From a virus (Duplodnaviria; Caudoviricetes): a stretch of 29,874 bases of DNA. The notes beneath the pieces were generated by a model. That model was given only the letters and a program-made list of their open reading frames with translations. It ran no database searches and had not been told where the DNA came from. The stretch spans positions 1 through 29,874 of IMG/VR virus record IMGVR_UViG_3300037751_000768. One strand, written 5' to 3'. Below are positions 15,841 through 25,487 of the stretch, piece after piece; the stretch's first letter is position 1, and each line of letters starts with the position of its first letter. A program made the translations under genes and the position numbers.

Positions 15841-16021
15841 TGTCGAAACGATCCGGTCCTACCAATTCCTTCTGCTCTATCACGGACGAGGCGGATGGGA
15901 TAAAACGGCTGTCGATTGCATGACGCTAGACGAAATCATCGACGCCGCAGAGCGGCTGAAAGCGCAATTTGATGTCGAGCGCAAGGCGACCAAAGCCAAG
16001 CGGTCGGGTAGACGAAACTGA
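15821..16021 (+). CDS. Start-less +1-frame ORF, probable frameshifted chaperone extension (gp51/GT-like)
   Basis: FVRPDYDVETIRSYQFLLLYHGRGGWDKTAVDCMTLDEI...ERLK...RRN*. The frame has no ATG/GTG/TTG between the stop at 15749 and GAG TTT TTT C at 15814-15823. Confidence 0.65.
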   Translation, partial: FVRPDYDVETIRSYQFLLLYHGRGGWDKTAVDCMTLDEIIDAAERLKAQFDVERKATKAKRSGRRN

Positions 16022-16039
16022 CGGAGGAGGGCGTCGACA

Positions 16040-17215
16040 GTGGCAAATGAGTGGGCTCGCGCGGCGTTCGTCTATGACGCCGTCGGACTCGGGCACGATG
16101 CCGACACCATTTTCAACGCGTTCGACTCATTCCTCGGTCAAACCGGTTGGGAGCGTGCGTCGTGGGATTCTGCCAATGACCGCTACTATCTGCGTGTCGA
16201 CCGCGCCTCGAGGCTGCGGTGGCAATTCAATGCAGATGGTCCAGTGCAGTACTGCGGTATTCGCATCCGACTCGACACGACGGCGACACCCGACCAGTTC
16301 GTCATCCATGCCTTCCTCGAGAACCAGACGACGGACGGATCGCAGATTTCAACCCCTGACGAATTCACGGAAGACGCGCCGAACAATAAACAGCGCTCGG
16401 GAGTCATCCGGATCGATCAAGACGACACGGCGCCGAATACGTATCTGATCATCGGTGGTGAGGACGGTCTCTATGTCGAGTCCGGCCGCGACGGGATTGA
16501 CGCGAATCTTGGTCACGGCGTGGTTTTGTGCTTCGACGCCGTAACCGAATTTCACTCCCCGCTCGACGCAACGGTCCAGTGGACTGCACAGGGGCTTCCC
16601 GCCGACCTGCGGGGTGCCTGCAAATTCTCCGAGTCGATCTACACGGCAGGCTATTCGAACGATCGTTTCGTCACCAACGACGGCACCAATAGGAACTTCA
16701 CTGCTTCGCTCATGTTGTACTCGTCTCGCGGCGTCTGGGATCTGGCGAACCCCGCCAACATCCAAGACCAGCGCAAGTACCTCATCGGGCCGCAGGATAA
16801 CTACATGACGATGGGTTCTGGGATCGAACCACTTACGAACACGATCCAACCCTCTCTCAAGACGACCGATCTTGGACTATGCTCTGCGTTCGGCCTGCTC
16901 AATCATGCGGAGGACAGCCGATACCGAATTTCACGTATGATGATGGTACAGTCGCTGCGTACGTGGGCGTGTGGGTTGACGAGTGCAGTGGTGGGTGACC
17001 AACCACCGTCGTCGACGGCGAACAATCAGCGTGACGCACGAGCATTGCGGCGGCTGCTCCGGTGGTACGTCTGTTCCCATTCGCTGGTGCCGTGGGCGAA
17101 TATCGTCGACGATTCGACGGGGCTTACGCTGCGAGTGGTGCGGTTCGCCGATAATGGCCGTATTTCCAACATCGCTGTCGAGTGGCCGACAACGCAACTT
17201 ACTCTGACGCTCTGA
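16040..17215 (+). CDS. Putative virion structural protein (paralog A)
   Basis: 391 aa, GGAGGAGG SD, inside the tail operon, shares motifs with the next gene. Confidence 0.7.
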   Translation: MANEWARAAFVYDAVGLGHDADTIFNAFDSFLGQTGWERASWDSANDRYYLRVDRASRLRWQFNADGPVQYCGIRIRLDTTATPDQFVIHAFLENQTTDGSQISTPDEFTEDAPNNKQRSGVIRIDQDDTAPNTYLIIGGEDGLYVESGRDGIDANLGHGVVLCFDAVTEFHSPLDATVQWTAQGLPADLRGACKFSESIYTAGYSNDRFVTNDGTNRNFTASLMLYSSRGVWDLANPANIQDQRKYLIGPQDNYMTMGSGIEPLTNTIQPSLKTTDLGLCSAFGLLNHAEDSRYRISRMMMVQSLRTWACGLTSAVVGDQPPSSTANNQRDARALRRLLRWYVCSHSLVPWANIVDDSTGLTLRVVRFADNGRISNIAVEWPTTQLTLTL

Positions 17216-17227
17216 GAGAGGGTATCC

Positions 17228-19057
17228 ATGACTGCCTACGGGCAAAGCGTCCCGGCCGCACCGCAGGTCTACGTCGACCAGGCTGGTTATAATTTCACGA
17301 AGGCCGGGTTTACGTCCCACCTCTGTCGTGCGTTGGCCTCGGTCGGAATGGTGCCCATTCTGTCCGCGTGGCAGTACGACGCTCTCGATCCAACGAACGC
17401 AGAGTTTCCCGACGACGGTCCCACCGAATATCTGTTTCCGTTCGACTTCCCCGACACGTCAACGTTTACGCTCAATTCTGGGACGGAACAATGGCGCCCG
17501 TTTCTGATGGTGGCGTCCTGGATCAATGCATCGAACGCGGTTGCAACTCGCGCGTGGGAGTATTTCTACGTCGACGTCGGCATTCGGCGAGCAGGCGCGT
17601 TCTCATGGGCAGAGCAGTACTCTCGACGCAAAGCGAATGGTCGGGTCACAACCAACTTCGGGTGGGTCAGCGGAGGTCTCACATTTGACCAGGGCGGGTC
17701 AGGCGGTACTGCCGGGAACCCTAACGTAGCAGGGGCGCGGTTCACGCTGACGAACTGGATGACCTATGACGGGTCCGTAGGCGGCGCACCGGATGTGGCG
17801 CGGCTCCAGGTGCGAAATTTCCTGATCTACCTAGGGCGTGCGGGTCTGTTCCTGTACGTGGGTAGCGGGAACACGCAAGAAGCGCAGTTCGGCGACATCC
17901 TCTCGTGTGGGTTCGTGTTTGCAGGTACGAGAATCCCCGGTCGTGAGCCCATGGGGGTCGACGCAAATCTGGCACGCATCAACCCGGTTGTTCCGCTCTG
18001 GATGCGTGAAGGGGGCGGAATCGGTGGTAACCAGAGCGGAACCCGCGAGTACGACGTGTGGCCTGACATCGCGCCTGGTGTCGGGACGTTCTTCTCGCAA
18101 ACGCACGGTATTCAGCACGACCTCAAGTCGACGCTCGAATCGGTCTACGCGCGTTGCTACGCGCTCGAGAACCTCGACTTTCCCATCTTCCCTGGCTACG
18201 GTCCAGTGGTCACACCATCCCCCCGCGATACAGGAGCCGGGCCGGCGCATATTCTCTCGCGTCTCATCTTGGTGCCGGAAGGGCGCGTGCACACACGTAT
18301 CGACCTCTACGGACCGGTTGTTCCAGAGCTTTCTGGTACGGAGCCCAGGCCGCAATGGGAGGACGTATTCACTGCGCCTGGATTCCGATTTACCGACAGC
18401 ACAGCTCCTCTCGGGGAACACACGGACTCTTCGACAGGCACGGAATGGCGCATTGTCCCGATGTACAACACCACGGGCCGACTTGCTTTGTATTACGAGG
18501 GTGCTGTCGAGTTCTCGGTGTTGGGTGTTGGAACGAGGACCGAGATAAGCGACGTTCAGCAGGACATGTCTGTGGACGATGGTCTCGCACTTCCGTCGTT
18601 CAATATCACCGTCGCAGGGAATGGTTCTGGGGACGTCGCAGGACAATGGCAGTCGACTAACAGCGTCGACATCCAGTTCATCTCACCCGCAGCGATCGCG
18701 GCAACGCAGCTCTGGCAACTCGACTGGACGATCACCATCCCGGGTGGAGATACGCCTGACACTCTCTACGAGATCTTCTTCGAAGCTCGCAACGAGAGCG
18801 GTACCGTCGGCACCAACCCATTCGACATTTGGGTGTCTGTGGGCGGAGTGTTCACAAACGGCTGGATCACGCCGTTGACCGCGAGCGGTTCGCCGGGCGG
18901 ATCGTTCACGTCGTACCAGATCCCGGTCGTACGTGATGGCACAAGTGATCCGGACGCGCCCATCATTCTTCGGTGGGAGGCGACCGGGCAGCCAAGCATC
19001 GGTGGCAACACGGTCACGATCCAGAACGTTCATTTGATCAAGTCCAAGTACCTCTAA
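17228..19057 (+). CDS. Putative virion structural/fibre protein (paralog B) with C-terminal beta domain
   Basis: 609 aa, GAGGG SD, G/T/W-rich; the C-terminal ~180 aa look like a beta-sandwich ending VTIQNVHL. Confidence 0.7.
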   Translation: MTAYGQSVPAAPQVYVDQAGYNFTKAGFTSHLCRALASVGMVPILSAWQYDALDPTNAEFPDDGPTEYLFPFDFPDTSTFTLNSGTEQWRPFLMVASWINASNAVATRAWEYFYVDVGIRRAGAFSWAEQYSRRKANGRVTTNFGWVSGGLTFDQGGSGGTAGNPNVAGARFTLTNWMTYDGSVGGAPDVARLQVRNFLIYLGRAGLFLYVGSGNTQEAQFGDILSCGFVFAGTRIPGREPMGVDANLARINPVVPLWMREGGGIGGNQSGTREYDVWPDIAPGVGTFFSQTHGIQHDLKSTLESVYARCYALENLDFPIFPGYGPVVTPSPRDTGAGPAHILSRLILVPEGRVHTRIDLYGPVVPELSGTEPRPQWEDVFTAPGFRFTDSTAPLGEHTDSSTGTEWRIVPMYNTTGRLALYYEGAVEFSVLGVGTRTEISDVQQDMSVDDGLALPSFNITVAGNGSGDVAGQWQSTNSVDIQFISPAAIAATQLWQLDWTITIPGGDTPDTLYEIFFEARNESGTVGTNPFDIWVSVGGVFTNGWITPLTASGSPGGSFTSYQIPVVRDGTSDPDAPIILRWEATGQPSIGGNTVTIQNVHLIKSKYL

Positions 19058-19071
19058 CTCAGGGGGTCCTC

Positions 19072-20262
19072 GTGCCAGCCGCGCCAAGGATCACCGGAGT
19101 CGCCACACTCCAACTGTCCGCGATTCTGGATGACTGGGTGTCGGATGTCTCTGGCGTGGTGTCGCGGGAATGGCATCCAGATCCTGTATCGCTCGGTCTG
19201 GAACCTGAAGGGCAGGCTACGCAGTTCGGATACACGTTCGATCTGACGGGCTTCACGTACTCAGATCACGCCTCGACCGGTCTCGGCATTTTCGACGCGA
19301 CGATCGATCCCCTACCGGCCGAGGTCGACGACGACGAGATCCCGGCCAGCACCCCGAACACGGACCTTCTCGAGGGTCCGACGTTTGGTTTCGCGGACGC
19401 TCCCTATCCGATCCGCGAGGGGACGGCGCTCGTTGGTGATGATGAGGGCGGGGAAATCCCGCCATTCATCGATCCCAACCCCGTGATCATCTCAGTGATC
19501 GCGAACGAACTCCACCAGGTCGTCGCTACGGTCAACGCCGGTCCGACGGATGCTGGTGACGTGACAACGTGGTGGGAGGTCGAGCTCGTCGACGGATCCG
19601 AGGAGTTCTTCATCGTCATCGATCGCCTCGCCGGCAACCGCTTCGACACGAACCACAACCAGGTGGATACGTGGACGATCCCGTTCGGCCAGGACTTCGA
19701 TGAAAAGCGGATCCGGTTCGTTATCCAGGCTGAGCGTGACGGCCAACAAGTCTTTCGGTCTCTCTATCTGCGGATGGAGGGAAACGAGTTCGATAACGAT
19801 CCGCCAGAAACCGTCATTATCCCGGGTCCCGGGCAAGACGGTCCTCCGCCGCTCACCGACCTCGAAGTTTCGATTGAGCAACAACAGTTGGTCCTCCGGC
19901 GGGAGCAGGCACGGCGCGCACGAACGCTCCAACTATCCACAGATTCGCGCTACAAGCTGACACGGCTCTTTGAGGGCGATGAGGGACTCGTGTTTGGCCT
20001 TCTTTCCGTCCTCGATGACTTCTATACATTGGGGGACGACTATCAGATCCATCGCGTGACGGCTCCTGAGGTGGGTTTCCTCGACATCGTCGCTGCGCGG
20101 TTCTTCGGTCCGGGGAATGAGAGTCTGTGGTGGGTGATTGCGTATGCGAATGGAATCATCGATCCTGACGTCGACATGTTCCCCGGCCAGACTTTGGTCA
20201 TCCCCACCAGGCAGCGATTACTTCGGTTTCTCGAACGCCGTCCCGAACCAGCAGGGACTTGA
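19072..20262 (+). CDS. Baseplate wedge LysM/gp53-like protein with long acidic N-terminal extension
   Basis: C-terminal LDIVAARFFG...LWWVIAYANGIIDP..DMFPGQTLVIP. GTG 19072 follows an AGGGGG SD (the ORF track starts at 18973). Confidence 0.75.
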   Translation: MPAAPRITGVATLQLSAILDDWVSDVSGVVSREWHPDPVSLGLEPEGQATQFGYTFDLTGFTYSDHASTGLGIFDATIDPLPAEVDDDEIPASTPNTDLLEGPTFGFADAPYPIREGTALVGDDEGGEIPPFIDPNPVIISVIANELHQVVATVNAGPTDAGDVTTWWEVELVDGSEEFFIVIDRLAGNRFDTNHNQVDTWTIPFGQDFDEKRIRFVIQAERDGQQVFRSLYLRMEGNEFDNDPPETVIIPGPGQDGPPPLTDLEVSIEQQQLVLRREQARRARTLQLSTDSRYKLTRLFEGDEGLVFGLLSVLDDFYTLGDDYQIHRVTAPEVGFLDIVAARFFGPGNESLWWVIAYANGIIDPDVDMFPGQTLVIPTRQRLLRFLERRPEPAGT

Positions 20263-20265
20263 TCG

Positions 20266-23200
20266 ATGGCATTCTCGCGCGACGCGATCGGCTTCTACCT
20301 AGAACTCGACGACACGATGACGCAGACCCTCGCGGATGCGGAGGTTGCGTATCGGCGGTTCACGCGTGAGTTGGAAAAGCTCAACCGCAAGGCCTATCGA
20401 TCGGTGAACACCGCGTTCGCTGAGATCGGGAGCCTCATCAACGATTTCCGACGCCTCCCGCGCATGGCGTCCGATGCGTACCGCAAGGCACGCGAGGGAG
20501 TCAAAAAGCAGGCGGACAAAGCGATCTCGCAGCAGATCGCACTGACATTTACGCCGCGTTCCAAGCAGGAATTCTCTCGTGCGATCGGCAAAGCGGTCGC
20601 GGACGCGCTTTCGGGGACGCACCTACGCCTGCGCGCGAGCATGCCGCGCCAGCGCCTGCGCATGTTCGAGTCAGACGTGTCGTTGCGAACCGCCTACCGA
20701 GATCTGCCTCAACCCCCAGACATGATCGGGAAGCTGGAACTCCCGAAACGGTTTCAACGCGGAGGTATCGCCGAAGGTCCGGTAAAAGGCGTGGACTCCG
20801 TACGCGCGCTCCTCGAACCCGGCGAACTCGTCGTACCCAAAGACCTCGTCGACGAACTCAAAGAGAAGCGTGGAAAGAGCTTCGAGCTCCCCACAGATTT
20901 CGTCGAATCGCTCGTCGGTACGATGAATCTCTCGAAAGCGCTCGAGAACCTCCACGAAACGTTGGAACGTGGACTGGGGCGGGCCGGAGACCTTCAGCTC
21001 TACCAGCGCGGTCTCGAAGATCTGCAACGGCAGACAGAAGACCTTACACAGTCGTCTCTCGACCTCTCGTTGACACAACGTACGGCAGTTGCGCAGTCCG
21101 TAGGAACCGTTCAACAGCGCCTGAAAGGGCTGACGGAAACGGGCGAAGAGGCCTCAAACGTGTACGAGCGCCTCATGGGCAAGATCCTCGGTCCAACGAG
21201 GTTTCTCGCGCTCAATCGCATGGTCCGCGACCTGGGCGACGGGATACAGACGTTCTCGCAGAGTGCACAACAGGGTTTTCAGACGGCTGCGGGTGGTGAT
21301 GAGGTCGAGTCGTTCATCGACAACGTGAATCAGATGAATGCCATCTTGCACCTCACCCGCAAGGGGGAATTGGATCAGTTCAAGAAGGAGCTTGGTAGGA
21401 CGGGGATCGAGGCAGGATTGAGTATCGATCTCATCGGCGAGGCCGCCGAGGGGATCGTGGGAGCTGGTCAGAAGTCCCGAAAAGTGATCTTGGAGCTTTC
21501 GCCTGTCGTCGCGGCGATGGCCAAAGCCACGTCCACATCTTTCGACATGCTGGGTAAGGAGGCCGTACGACTCGAAGACGCCTACGGTTTCTCGCGCGAC
21601 CAAATCGCGGCGACGTTTCTCGACATCCAGAGATTTTCCGAGCACTCGTTCGCGAGTTCGGAGGGCTTGCTGGAGAGGACGAGCGGGGCCGTAACGGATC
21701 TGTCTGGTGTGTTGCGCAACGCGTCTGCGGAGGACTCTCAAGCAATCCTGTCGAACGTCGCACGGCTTTCGGCTGCGGTTGAGGATCAATGGGGGGATGC
21801 TGGCGGCGTGATTCAGACGATCACGAAAGCGATCTCAGGAGACATTGATGCGATCACTGTCGCGTCACGGCAGCTTGGACAGAGCCCCGAACAGCTCGTC
21901 GAACGGCTGCAAAGTGGCAACCTAACAGGCATTCTTGATGACCTTGGAAGACAAATCCAAGACCTTTCGTCCAGCGGGAATCTCGTCGGTTTGGGGCGAC
22001 TCCGCGAGGCGATGGGATTCGAGGGGACGATCCAAGACTTCATCTTGATGGGAGAGAACATCGACGGTGTAAATCAGCGCTTGGACGATCTCGCAAACAT
22101 ACGGGTCAAGGACACGACGAAGGCGCAAGAAGAGCTACAAGACGTTGCCAAGCGCAACAAGACTGCGTTCCAGGGCATGGAACAGGCAGTACAAGGGGCT
22201 GCCCTCGAGGTCGACGTCTTCGGGGTGAATGGCTTGGAAGCCGTCGACTTTCTGAAGGAGTTCAACGTCGCGACTTTGCTGTCGATTGCCTACATCGGTC
22301 GCGGTCTCGTCCCTGCGCTGTTCAAGCTCGTCGGTGGTTTGGGCAGCCTCCTACGTGTGGGAGTGCTCCTTCGCGCCATCCCCCTCGTCGGAGGTCTTTT
22401 CGGCGGCGCGAAGGTGGCTGGAGGAGCCGGAGGGGCCGCCGCATCACGCGGGCTATTTCGAGGGCTCATGACTCCACAAGGGGCCCTGCTCGCGATTGGA
22501 ATTGCAGGGGTCGCCGCCGCAGGCATCTACGCCCTCTCAACGCCCACGGTCCGAGACATGCTCGTGGGAATCCTCGCAGGTCTCATCGATACGTTCGACA
22601 CGCTGACCCCGTACGCCGAACGTCTGCCCGTCGTAACCAGCGTGCTCGGAAAGGTGGCCTCGTTCTTGTTCGAGTTCGGGAAAGTGGGTGCGTTGCTGTC
22701 GGGTCTCAGCCTGGGTGCTGGCGTCATGCACATTACCGATCAGTTGACCCGATTTCTCGGCCTTGGTTCACCGATCGAACACCTGGCCAATTCGGGACCG
22801 CAGATCGCGAACACGGTGCGCGTCTTGGTCGGCTCGTTGGAGACCCTTCAGGAGTTCGGTGCCGACCGTTACCAGGCTGTCACTGCGAGTCTGCGCAACC
22901 TGACGTCGTTCATGGGCGACTACGCACGTCTGGCCGAAGCCGTTTCTGGGATTACGCCCGGGCTGTTCTCGCAGGTCGGCGGGCGTATCATGGAGTTTCT
23001 CGGACTCGACGCCGGTGGAGGAGGTCTTCTCGCGCAGAATGCGCAACAGATCGCAGAGGCGATGGCGTCGATTCTCGGACATTTCAATACCATTGAGCAG
23101 CCGTCAGCAAAACCCACGCTGCGGCGATCGGATATCGAGGAGATCACAGCGGAGTTCGAGTTCGGAACGGATCGTCTCCACGCAGATCTGACGGAAACGA

Positions 23201-23343
23201 ACGCCTTGCTGAAGAAGCTCGTCGAGATGGTCGTAAAGGGTCAAGTACAGCCTTCCGTCCGGGAGGCACGCGTGGATCGCGCCGGGCCCGCGTCACGCGA
23301 CATAGGCGCAACGACGCGCGGTATCGGCTCGTTCGGGTACTGA
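20266..23343 (+). CDS. Tape measure protein
   Basis: 1025 aa, helical and A/L/G/E-rich, with hydrophobic segments near 22270-22740 and an F..GG...G...DSV.ALL.PGE.VV motif; precedes the hub genes. Confidence 0.88.
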   Translation: MAFSRDAIGFYLELDDTMTQTLADAEVAYRRFTRELEKLNRKAYRSVNTAFAEIGSLINDFRRLPRMASDAYRKAREGVKKQADKAISQQIALTFTPRSKQEFSRAIGKAVADALSGTHLRLRASMPRQRLRMFESDVSLRTAYRDLPQPPDMIGKLELPKRFQRGGIAEGPVKGVDSVRALLEPGELVVPKDLVDELKEKRGKSFELPTDFVESLVGTMNLSKALENLHETLERGLGRAGDLQLYQRGLEDLQRQTEDLTQSSLDLSLTQRTAVAQSVGTVQQRLKGLTETGEEASNVYERLMGKILGPTRFLALNRMVRDLGDGIQTFSQSAQQGFQTAAGGDEVESFIDNVNQMNAILHLTRKGELDQFKKELGRTGIEAGLSIDLIGEAAEGIVGAGQKSRKVILELSPVVAAMAKATSTSFDMLGKEAVRLEDAYGFSRDQIAATFLDIQRFSEHSFASSEGLLERTSGAVTDLSGVLRNASAEDSQAILSNVARLSAAVEDQWGDAGGVIQTITKAISGDIDAITVASRQLGQSPEQLVERLQSGNLTGILDDLGRQIQDLSSSGNLVGLGRLREAMGFEGTIQDFILMGENIDGVNQRLDDLANIRVKDTTKAQEELQDVAKRNKTAFQGMEQAVQGAALEVDVFGVNGLEAVDFLKEFNVATLLSIAYIGRGLVPALFKLVGGLGSLLRVGVLLRAIPLVGGLFGGAKVAGGAGGAAASRGLFRGLMTPQGALLAIGIAGVAAAGIYALSTPTVRDMLVGILAGLIDTFDTLTPYAERLPVVTSVLGKVASFLFEFGKVGALLSGLSLGAGVMHITDQLTRFLGLGSPIEHLANSGPQIANTVRVLVGSLETLQEFGADRYQAVTASLRNLTSFMGDYARLAEAVSGITPGLFSQVGGRIMEFLGLDAGGGGLLAQNAQQIAEAMASILGHFNTIEQPSAKPTLRRSDIEEITAEFEFGTDRLHADLTETNALLKKLVEMVVKGQVQPSVREARVDRAGPASRDIGATTRGIGSFGY

Positions 23344-23344
23344 C

Positions 23345-23908
23345 TTGGTTGACACGAATCTAGGTGTCCGGTGTCTCCTGGCGCTCGATCCGACGTGGCC
23401 TCACAGACCGTTGTGGCGCTCCGACCTCGGTGATCGCCTTGCATTTACATACGTAGACCTCTCCGAACCGATCGTGGAATCCTCGCAAGTGCAGTACGCA
23501 TCCGTCCTGCCCGTGGGACGCGGGGAGGGCTATCAGGCATACCTGGGAACGTCGAATCGGGAGATCACCCTGCGGATCCAATTCCACGTGCAGGGGATCC
23601 ATTCGACCGACGTGACGACGACTCTGTTCGAGCGAGAGGTCATCCAACCGACGCGGTTCCTCGATGCTCTCAAATCTCCGGTGAACTCAGAGCAGCAGAA
23701 CCTGTCCTACCCACCGCCGCCGTGTATCCTGAAAATCGGTGCTCTGTTCACCGGCCGCGTGATCGTGACGGCGGGCGACGTCACGTGGATGCCGCCCTGG
23801 GATCCTGATCTTCTCCTCCCCCACGGATCGGAAGTGCGCTCTACGTTCCGCGTCGTGCGTCGGTTCCAGCCCGACCTCGGTTACCGATTCAACGGCATTT
23901 GGGTGTGA
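23345..23908 (+). CDS. Tail tube initiator / baseplate protein
   Basis: Y......GR.E....Y.GT.NR.I.L...F...YPPPPCILKIG...V...VTW pattern, directly after the tape measure gene. Confidence 0.72.
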   Translation: MVDTNLGVRCLLALDPTWPHRPLWRSDLGDRLAFTYVDLSEPIVESSQVQYASVLPVGRGEGYQAYLGTSNREITLRIQFHVQGIHSTDVTTTLFEREVIQPTRFLDALKSPVNSEQQNLSYPPPPCILKIGALFTGRVIVTAGDVTWMPPWDPDLLLPHGSEVRSTFRVVRRFQPDLGYRFNGIWV

Positions 23909-23911
23909 TGT

Positions 23912-24232
23912 ATGCGTGACGACGGAGATGAACACTGCACGTGGATCGACTGTACAGAAACGGCCGAGCAGTCGATGACGTCGAGCGACGGGACCGTATG
24001 GTCGCGTTTATGCCAAACACATGCCGCCGAAGTCGAGGAGGCGATCGTGTCGGGCAAACCGAGGGCGCTCCTGCGCGCGTGGGTAAGGGCACAAGGTGGC
24101 GCTGAGGCCGCCGTCGCTCGCATGAAGCCAGCCGTCGACGCGACCGTCCGTCTCGGACAGTTTCTACAAGCTGTAAAAGACGGCGCAAAGATCGACGAAG
24201 CCATCAAGAAGGTTCGCGATGCCAGGGACTGA
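23912..24232 (+). CDS. Hypothetical protein with possible Zn site (C-x4-C...C-x2-H)
   Basis: 106 aa filling the gap between baseplate genes. Confidence 0.55.
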   Translation: MRDDGDEHCTWIDCTETAEQSMTSSDGTVWSRLCQTHAAEVEEAIVSGKPRALLRAWVRAQGGAEAAVARMKPAVDATVRLGQFLQAVKDGAKIDEAIKKVRDARD

Positions 24233-25487
24233 CAGCCTCACCGGATTCGTTGTCGAGATCACAGTTGCCGGACTTAACGGCGCCGAGGTCAGGCTTCCAG
24301 CCCACCACTTTCTCCAGTCGCTCAATTTCGAGGTGTCTGACAAGGGCGCCTGGACCGGATCGCTCACGCTGTTCGATCCGGAGTTCGACGCGATCGATAC
24401 TCTCCTGTTCGGTGCGCAACTCGACCGCCGTGTGCGTGTGACCATCCGCCGCGCAGAGGATGTCCGTGCGAGCGCTATCACGTTTTTCGGCTGGGCGGTC
24501 AACCTGGTACCGACGTTTCGCTCCGACGGTGCCAGCGTGTTCCTCGAGCTCGTTTCGCAATCGGCTGGTCCGACCGTGCTCGATCGAAGGATTCGATCGT
24601 TTGGGTCGGGGTTGCGAGTCTCAGACATCGTCCAGTCGATCGCGCTCGACCGGGAGTGGGCCACAGTCGATCCGAGGTCTGGTAGGTCCTCCATCGAACC
24701 GACAGCGGATCGAATCGAGGAGCCCTTCTCGACGTCGGGCGAGTCAGATCTGCACTTCCTGGCGACGACCCTTCTTCCACAGGCTGTCAACGATCAGGGA
24801 GAGTCCGGCTACCGGGCCTACTTCGATTTTCGCGACGTTTTCCATTTCCACACACACCACTGGCTACCTCCGGTCGAGCATGAGTACGTGTACGTGCGTT
24901 CCCGAAACGGAGAAGTGATCGAATTTTCCTGCCAGGACAATCAGGTGTTCTCCGCGCTCAACGGTGGGGGCAACACAATCCTGAACGGGACGAGTTCGCA
25001 GCTCGGCACGCAAACGGAAGTGTCAGCGCTTTCGGCGGGGGGCGTCGAAGCGCGCGGCGTCGCGGTTCCGCAAACATCGGCGGCGAAGCTGACGCTCGGG
25101 AGCGGGATCCACAGTTACTGGCAGGTGCGCGCGCACAGTCAGGCCGAATTGCGACGTCTCAGCCAAGCACGTTACGACGAATTCCGTCGTGATCAGTATC
25201 GAGGACAGTTTCGGGTCATCGGAACCCCTCTCATAGACGTCCATGACAACATCAACTTCCGTTTCGTGAAAGACGACGGTCGTGAGCATTTTCTCTCGGG
25301 AAAGTTCAAGGTGACGCGAATCATTCACGAGATCGGGGAAGGTGAGGGTTGGGTGACAACGGCAGAGTGTTTCCGTTCGGGGGTCCCCATTCTCCCAGGT
25401 ACGACACCACTCAACGTGGCACGGGCTGTCCCTGACGGGGTACCCGCACCTTCCGAACGCACTGTGACGGTCAGCGCGGAGGTTTGA
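24219..25487 (+). CDS. Baseplate hub protein (gp27/GPD/VgrG N-terminal-like)
   Basis: VSDIV..IA, GESDLHFL...L, and IG.P........I...SGKFKVTRIIH.I...G.VT; precedes the spike gene. Confidence 0.85.
   Translation: MPGTDSLTGFVVEITVAGLNGAEVRLPAHHFLQSLNFEVSDKGAWTGSLTLFDPEFDAIDTLLFGAQLDRRVRVTIRRAEDVRASAITFFGWAVNLVPTFRSDGASVFLELVSQSAGPTVLDRRIRSFGSGLRVSDIVQSIALDREWATVDPRSGRSSIEPTADRIEEPFSTSGESDLHFLATTLLPQAVNDQGESGYRAYFDFRDVFHFHTHHWLPPVEHEYVYVRSRNGEVIEFSCQDNQVFSALNGGGNTILNGTSSQLGTQTEVSALSAGGVEARGVAVPQTSAAKLTLGSGIHSYWQVRAHSQAELRRLSQARYDEFRRDQYRGQFRVIGTPLIDVHDNINFRFVKDDGREHFLSGKFKVTRIIHEIGEGEGWVTTAECFRSGVPILPGTTPLNVARAVPDGVPAPSERTVTVSAEV

Noticed and set aside
15822-15923. -1 frameshift product of the chaperone
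   Set aside because: The -1 frame stops at about 15923 with no recognisable motif, whereas the +1 frame fills the gap and looks like a chaperone tail.
16040-20262. Diversity-generating retroelement or invertible fibre cassette
   Set aside because: No reverse transcriptase, recombinase or TR/VR-like near-duplicate was seen in the window.
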